Positions 58,780 to 64,000 of a DNA stretch of 64,000 bases are shown one piece after another. The stretch spans positions 242,420,001-242,484,000 of the forward strand of contig CM097885.1 in NCBI GenBank assembly GCA_044892525.1. The letters run 5' to 3'. Below the pieces are notes generated by a model. That model searched no databases. It was not told the origin of the DNA and saw only the letters and a program-made list of their open reading frames with translations. Each line of letters begins with the position of its first letter. Positions within the stretch are counted from its first letter, which is position 1. This DNA is from Schmidtea polychroa. Lineage: Eukaryota. Made by a program: the position numbers and the translations under genes.

Positions 58780-59448
58780 ATGTATAATAGTATCATGCGA
58801 GGCGAGATGATGATAACAATGATGGTATTGATGATCCTGATGGAGAGCAAACAAATAAACGCCCAACCGAAAATCGTACGAGATTACCGAAATCAAAATC
58901 AAGAACCTAAACAAGAATCCGGCCAATGTACATGCCCTATGACAGTAAAAACCCATATCATCCAAACCATTCAATCAACCCGATCACACATCAACAACAT
59001 CCAAACAATGTGTAAAAAGAATCCCATTTGTAAAATGATAAACCAACAAATCCTCGAACAAATCCAACAATTCGACCAGTTGGAACAACAAATACAACAG
59101 GAGAATTTTGGAAATCTTGTAGAAAAGCCAAAAACAATTCCCGAAATCAATGACACCCATTACCTCATATATATAGTGATCGCAGAGACCCTCCTCCTAT
59201 GTCTACCAATACTCATGAAAATTTACGAAGTTAGAAATAGATGTAGAATCTCGACATCAATAAGAGTAACCTCAAACCAGAATCCTCAAGAAGTGCCCCT
59301 GACAAATCGTAACCCAACCCCATTCCGACCTCGAACCCCGAGTAATCAACCAATCCAGCCGAATTCCTATAGTCAGACCTATCTCAACATCAATACCCAA
59401 ACCAACCAACAGCCGCCAGCAGAAGCATCAATGGTTAACAGTTCATAA
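58780..59448 (+). CDS. Accessory type-I membrane ORF E (signal, CxC, coiled coil, TM, P/N/Q-rich tail)
   Basis: MMITMMVLMILMESKQINA (58807), QCTCP, Q-rich coil, YLIYIVIAETLLLCLPILM (59161). Confidence 0.75.
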   Translation: MYNSIMRGEMMITMMVLMILMESKQINAQPKIVRDYRNQNQEPKQESGQCTCPMTVKTHIIQTIQSTRSHINNIQTMCKKNPICKMINQQILEQIQQFDQLEQQIQQENFGNLVEKPKTIPEINDTHYLIYIVIAETLLLCLPILMKIYEVRNRCRISTSIRVTSNQNPQEVPLTNRNPTPFRPRTPSNQPIQPNSYSQTYLNINTQTNQQPPAEASMVNSS

Positions 59449-59665
59449 ACTCTAAGTCAAACATTTGTGTTATTATATGTGGAAACTTTTATTGTATGTA
59501 CAAACTATCACCTTAAGTGATACTTGCTTGGTCTTGATTTGACCTATATCTTAGAATAAAATTTTTTTTTGTGGTATAATTGTTCGATATATCCTTTTTA
59601 TGAATGCATGAAGTAAGATAACTATGCAATTGCGGGACGCAATTTTGATGGGTCCCCGAGTGATT

Positions 59666-62600
59666 TGTTGGGCTGAGCCGAAGGGTAACTGGGAAATCAG
59701 GTTAAACTTAACTAAAATAAAATAAAAAATAAAATAAATAGATTGACGAAAAAAATAAAATAGAATATAAGAAAAAGCAATAATTAGAAAATAAGAATTA
59801 AAACAAAAAATATAAAAATAAGAACAATTAAATAGGACAATAGAATGACGAAAAATAACGTAAAATGTAGCAGATAACAAAGAAATTAAGGAAAATAAAT
59901 AAAAACACAATAAAAATAAAGAAAATAGGAAGAAATAACTCAAAAACAAGAAAAATAAATTAAATTAATAAAATAAGGCGGTACTCAATTCTGATTGGTC
60001 CGCATAAACGAAAAATACCTATATAAGTAAACCGCAAACTCACTATAGTCAATGTTAAAACCAAACCAATTACAGGTAAGAAATAGTATTAAGTAATGTT
60101 AAATGTTAAAACCAAACCAATTACAGTTACAGGTACTCGACTATCCAGACAATCAACCGACACTCAGACGACTATTAGGAACAGTTCTATCGACGATCCA
60201 TTCATATAACCGATTTGATTAGTGTTTATTTCGGCTCAGCCTTTGGAATCACCGAATTTTTCAAACGATAAGTAAGGATGTGTTGCTATTGTAAAATTTG
60301 GTAAATGTTTTTCAAGGATTAAATATCTTATTATATTAACGTAACATTTGAATAAAACTTCTCCATTCAATCTAAATTTTTTAATGGTAATATAGTTTCG
60401 TGAGTTAATTTAAAAGCTAATGATATATGAATATTTATGATATGTTTTGTCATCGAACGTATTGATTATGATAAAATTATATTTGAGAAACGTGGAGTTG
60501 AGGAGACCCACGCCATGGTGTGAGGAGCCTTCGGGAGCTCAGCCGGCGGGTGTGGATCTCTTCAATCACGCAGCTGACGTGGGCCGGAATGTGGGGGTTT
60601 CCTCACGGGTCCGTCGCTGAAGGAAGTAAAATGCTGCAAGCACGAGTTTAAAGTATAGAGGAATGCATTCCAATATTGAAAAGTAGAGTAATCTTAATTG
60701 AAAATGACTGAGGTGGCTACAAATTCTTATTAGACATCACACTCTGAAATTTCACCCGACATCAGAAATCGTATACTTGCATCAACTGACACTCTATCTT
60801 CTAGTGGCAAAATATTCTTCTATCAAAACTCACGTCAATAGAGAAACTGAGTACTAATATGTTCATTAAGTGTAAAATCATAATATAGGAAGCATAAACG
60901 AAGATTTATTCAACAAAAATTTTAGTGCGAATATATTTTTCAACAAACCCTTTAATTTTTTTTCATTTCTCCTGAAAATCTACAATAGTGGCAACATGAA
61001 GTTCTTTCTGTAAACGACACTTTCGACCAATATAGGTGAAACTCTTTTGAATGAGTTGCTGTAAATATCCACGAAATCATAACATCCAAATTGAAAACGG
61101 AGGAAACTGCACATCATGAGAATAAATTTCAACGTCCATGCTCGATGAGAACTAATCATAGGTAGCATATTGAATAAACGAAATAAATCTAACTCGCTGT
61201 GTGAGATGATCAGCTGTAACCCTTTAACGTAGATAATGAGAGAGCATACGAGACCAGTCACACGCATTACTACACATAAATACACGCTTACATATGCCAC
61301 ATGCATTATTTTCCCAGTCAGCTAATGACGCTGAGAATAAAAGTTGAAGTATACGCACACGACGTAATTAACTCCGATCGATATCTAACTTTCAGATTCA
61401 TGTTGTTAATGATTTCTACGAGTGAGCTATGCATTACCGGATGACTGTTATCAATTAGCTAGATTTTATAGATTAATTGCACAAGTAAATTCCATAACAA
61501 AAATGAATAGATCGATTTTTAGGATAGGAATAAAATTCTAATCATACTCGAATCCTTAAAAATCTAATGGTAGCACAGTGATTGAATAGGTTTTCGATTT
61601 TCATATACCAATATGAGTTACGATTTGAGGTAATTAATTTAAGGAGCATTCCCGCGGCACTAGAGAACTTTGTTTTTACGTTTTTAAAGATAAATATCTG
61701 TATTCGAAAAGTTATATGTAAAAATGAATATTAATTATTTAATTATGCAAACATTCTAATGTTTCCTAAACAATTTCTACGAAAACGATAACTCTAACGA
61801 TCACTGGGTCAATACATTTGCGAGTCATCTTTCCCCTAAATATTTGAGAATCTCAGATAACAATAGGTAACGAATATTCTAAGTATAATCATAAAATTTT
61901 GGCAAAGTATTAATCAGATGTTAATTTCTCTTGCAACCCCAAATAGACATCCGAGAATTCACTGAGTGCAATTATAAAACACTATTTCTAACGGAACCAT
62001 ATCATTGACCTTTTATCCATTTTACTTAATTTTTCGAAATTAATAAATGATCATGTCCCATGCTGGTTCAGTAGAAATCGCTGATCTTAATTCTTATTCT
62101 CATTGTTTTTTCTTTGTTACAGTTATCAAAAATGTTGCCAAGCTCGAAGCCGTCGCTCAAACCCTGTTTCTCCTGTGCCGACAAAAACACCGTAATCCGA
62201 GAATTACAGGCCCAGATCGGTCGATATAAAAAGAAGATCGACGATCTGGAAGGTACATGGTTTAGCCCAGTACAAATGAAGGAGGTACAAAAGAAATTGT
62301 ACCACAGCGAGCATTGTCGCGATGCTTTGATAAGCGAAAGTAGAGCTCAGCGTAGCCTAATCAAAGAGCAGTCCGAAGCTTTACATAAAGTTTACGTTCA
62401 AGCCGCGACAACCCGGAAGATCGTTAGTATCCCGATTAAAGAAGCGGACAATATCTTCCCCGTCCACCATGAACCTTCATTTAGTTCACCACCCTTATCA
62501 AAAAGATCTTGTCGTGAATGCGTGGAAGCCGACCTCTCCCCCAGGCCAACGGACGTACCTACTCCCGGCACCGGCAAGGTATTGCCATCAACCACGACGT

Positions 62601-63459
62601 CCTCAGAAATCTTGTCGGCCAACCCTTCGAAACCTAAACGTCGCCAATTATCCAGAGCGGAGCGTAAGAAGCGTCAACGTGAACGAGCAATCGTCAAACA
62701 ACGGGAACTATCTTCCAACCACCCAAGTACTTCGAATGATTCCCCCGTAACGATCGATCTAACTGTAGGGATCCCAGGGCGAATCATGTCTGCCGCTGGT
62801 GTGACGTGGGAGGAGAATGCCTCCGAGTTTTTTGATCTGGATGAACTATTGGCGGATGCAGAATGGGAGAAGTGAGAATCGCAACACAATACAACCGTGC
62901 AGAGTGTTAATGGACAAATAAACTATCATGACTCCTTTTCCTCTTAATCCATTTTCCACTAAGTGTACTCGTTATATAGTGCCATAATTATCTAGTGTAT
63001 TATGATAATAGAATAAAGAAATTTGTGGGTTATTTCTTGTGGTTGTTTTGATTTAAATAGTTGCTGGAAAGGTTCAGAGTAGTGTTCACAAAGTGATTCA
63101 TAAAGCGAGAGTAAATTTTGAGTTCGAGAGGCAATAGTCAATTTTGTGTCGAATTATGGGACAGGGTAGAGAGAGAATCTGATGGGGTAAACAGACGTAA
63201 GTCCTTCCATCGGCAGTCAGAAAGGGAAGTCGAGGCCTCAGTAAGGAGTAGTCCTAAGGTAGGGGCTCACCTGCTTACTGGAGTCTCGCCTGCATAGCAC
63301 ATTTCCAACGTGAAGCAATTCGCGGGTGCTATGTTGGAGGGTAAGTTGTGCGGGGTCCTGCTCCGGGTTGACACGGGCGTATGTAGCGTGATGATATGGG
63401 CACGCATCCCCTAGACAAAGACGTAGATTGAGCAGAGTCAACCGAGCGCTACCCCAGCA
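59666..63459 (+). repeat. 3' LTR (3,794 bp)
   Basis: Direct repeat of the 5' LTR, followed by ATAT. Confidence 0.98.
62132..62875 (+). CDS. LTR-encoded ORF, 3' LTR copy
   Basis: Same ORF as 37902-38645 with five amino-acid differences (R>K, G>S, S>P, A>G, W>R). Confidence 0.75.
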   Translation: MLPSSKPSLKPCFSCADKNTVIRELQAQIGRYKKKIDDLEGTWFSPVQMKEVQKKLYHSEHCRDALISESRAQRSLIKEQSEALHKVYVQAATTRKIVSIPIKEADNIFPVHHEPSFSSPPLSKRSCRECVEADLSPRPTDVPTPGTGKVLPSTTTSSEILSANPSKPKRRQLSRAERKKRQRERAIVKQRELSSNHPSTSNDSPVTIDLTVGIPGRIMSAAGVTWEENASEFFDLDELLADAEWEK

Positions 63460-63789
63460 ATATTGTTATTTTTTTTATTGAATCATAAAGTACATAGAAT
63501 AGACAATGTTATGGAATTACACATCGGGCAAATGGCCTTCACTGCTTTGCTGCCACATACGCACTCTTTTGTTGAAATTTTCCATGACCATTCAATATAA
63601 ATGTGGATGAATTTCGTTTGATTCAGTGTTTAATTTCCTCCTGTAATGCACGGGTGGTTGTGTGCCTGTTGACATAGACCTTTGACTTCAAATAACCCCA
63701 TAAAAATAAATCTAATGGTGTTAAATTACACGATCTGGAGGTCAATTCTGATCACCGAGAGAGTACATGACCAGGAAATGCGCCATGTA

Positions 63790-64000
63790 GTAATTGCATT
63801 GTTTCAAGGGAGTTTATGGCATGTGGCACCGTCTTGTTGAAACCACATATTGGCCACATCAACATCACCCAATTTCGGCAGAAAGAACTGTGTTTCCATG
63901 TCGTGATATCGAGCACCAGTAATAGTCACTGCTTGACCAGCCTCATTTTGTCCCATAATTAACGCAAAATTTGAATTTGCCGCCATGCGTGCAGGAAATT
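63790..64000 (-). pseudogene. mariner/Tc1-superfamily transposase fragment running off the window end
   Basis: NEAGQAVTITGARY..FFLPKL..MWFQQDGATCH contains the second catalytic Asp motif FQQDGA. Confidence 0.85.

Larger units (their letters stand above)
35434..63459 (+). mobile_element. Giant (28,026 bp) env-bearing Ty3/gypsy-type LTR retroelement with multiple accessory genes
   Basis: Paired LTRs TGTTGGG...CCCCAGCA, ATAT TSD (35430-35433 and 63460-63463), PBS, pol order PR-RT-RH-IN, all long ORFs on the + strand. Confidence 0.98.

Noticed and set aside
42057-58974. Many minus-strand ORFs rich in S/F/L opposite the element genes
   Set aside because: Antisense shadows of an A-rich coding strand; no motifs recognised.

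Overview
AT-rich animal scaffold (standard code, spliceosomal introns of 56-57 nt, five N-gaps; an invertebrate, possibly a flatworm, but host identity is an inference). Bases 1-35 kb hold two recognisable host genes (a spliced basonuclin/disconnected zinc-finger gene and a Tctex1-domain gene), an HSP70 pseudogene fragment and many DNA transposons (hAT elements and MITEs, a Tc1/IS630-type element, a Helitron) plus a family of solo LTRs. Bases 35434-63459 are one structurally complete, 28,026-bp Ty3/gypsy-type LTR retroelement with 3.8-kb LTRs about 99.7% identical, an ATAT target-site duplication and a tRNA-Pro-type PBS. It carries a virus-like cargo. An IAP-type RING gene lies upstream of gag. 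A lesioned polyprotein region of about 4,300 codons is ordered CA - 3x CCHC - up to 3 ubiquitin-like domains - chuvirus/gB-like fusion glycoprotein - PR - RT - RNaseH - IN - duplicated ankyrin modules - signal-like segment/FN3-like/TM. After it come a full-length intronless TRAF, four coiled-coil ORFs and a type-I membrane ORF, whose spacers are packed with Pumilio-type UGUAHAUA motifs. Each LTR also contains a 253-aa ORF that appears to be its own spliced transcription unit. This copy has several stops and frameshifts and is probably not autonomous. All domain calls are by-eye motif recognition; no database search was run.
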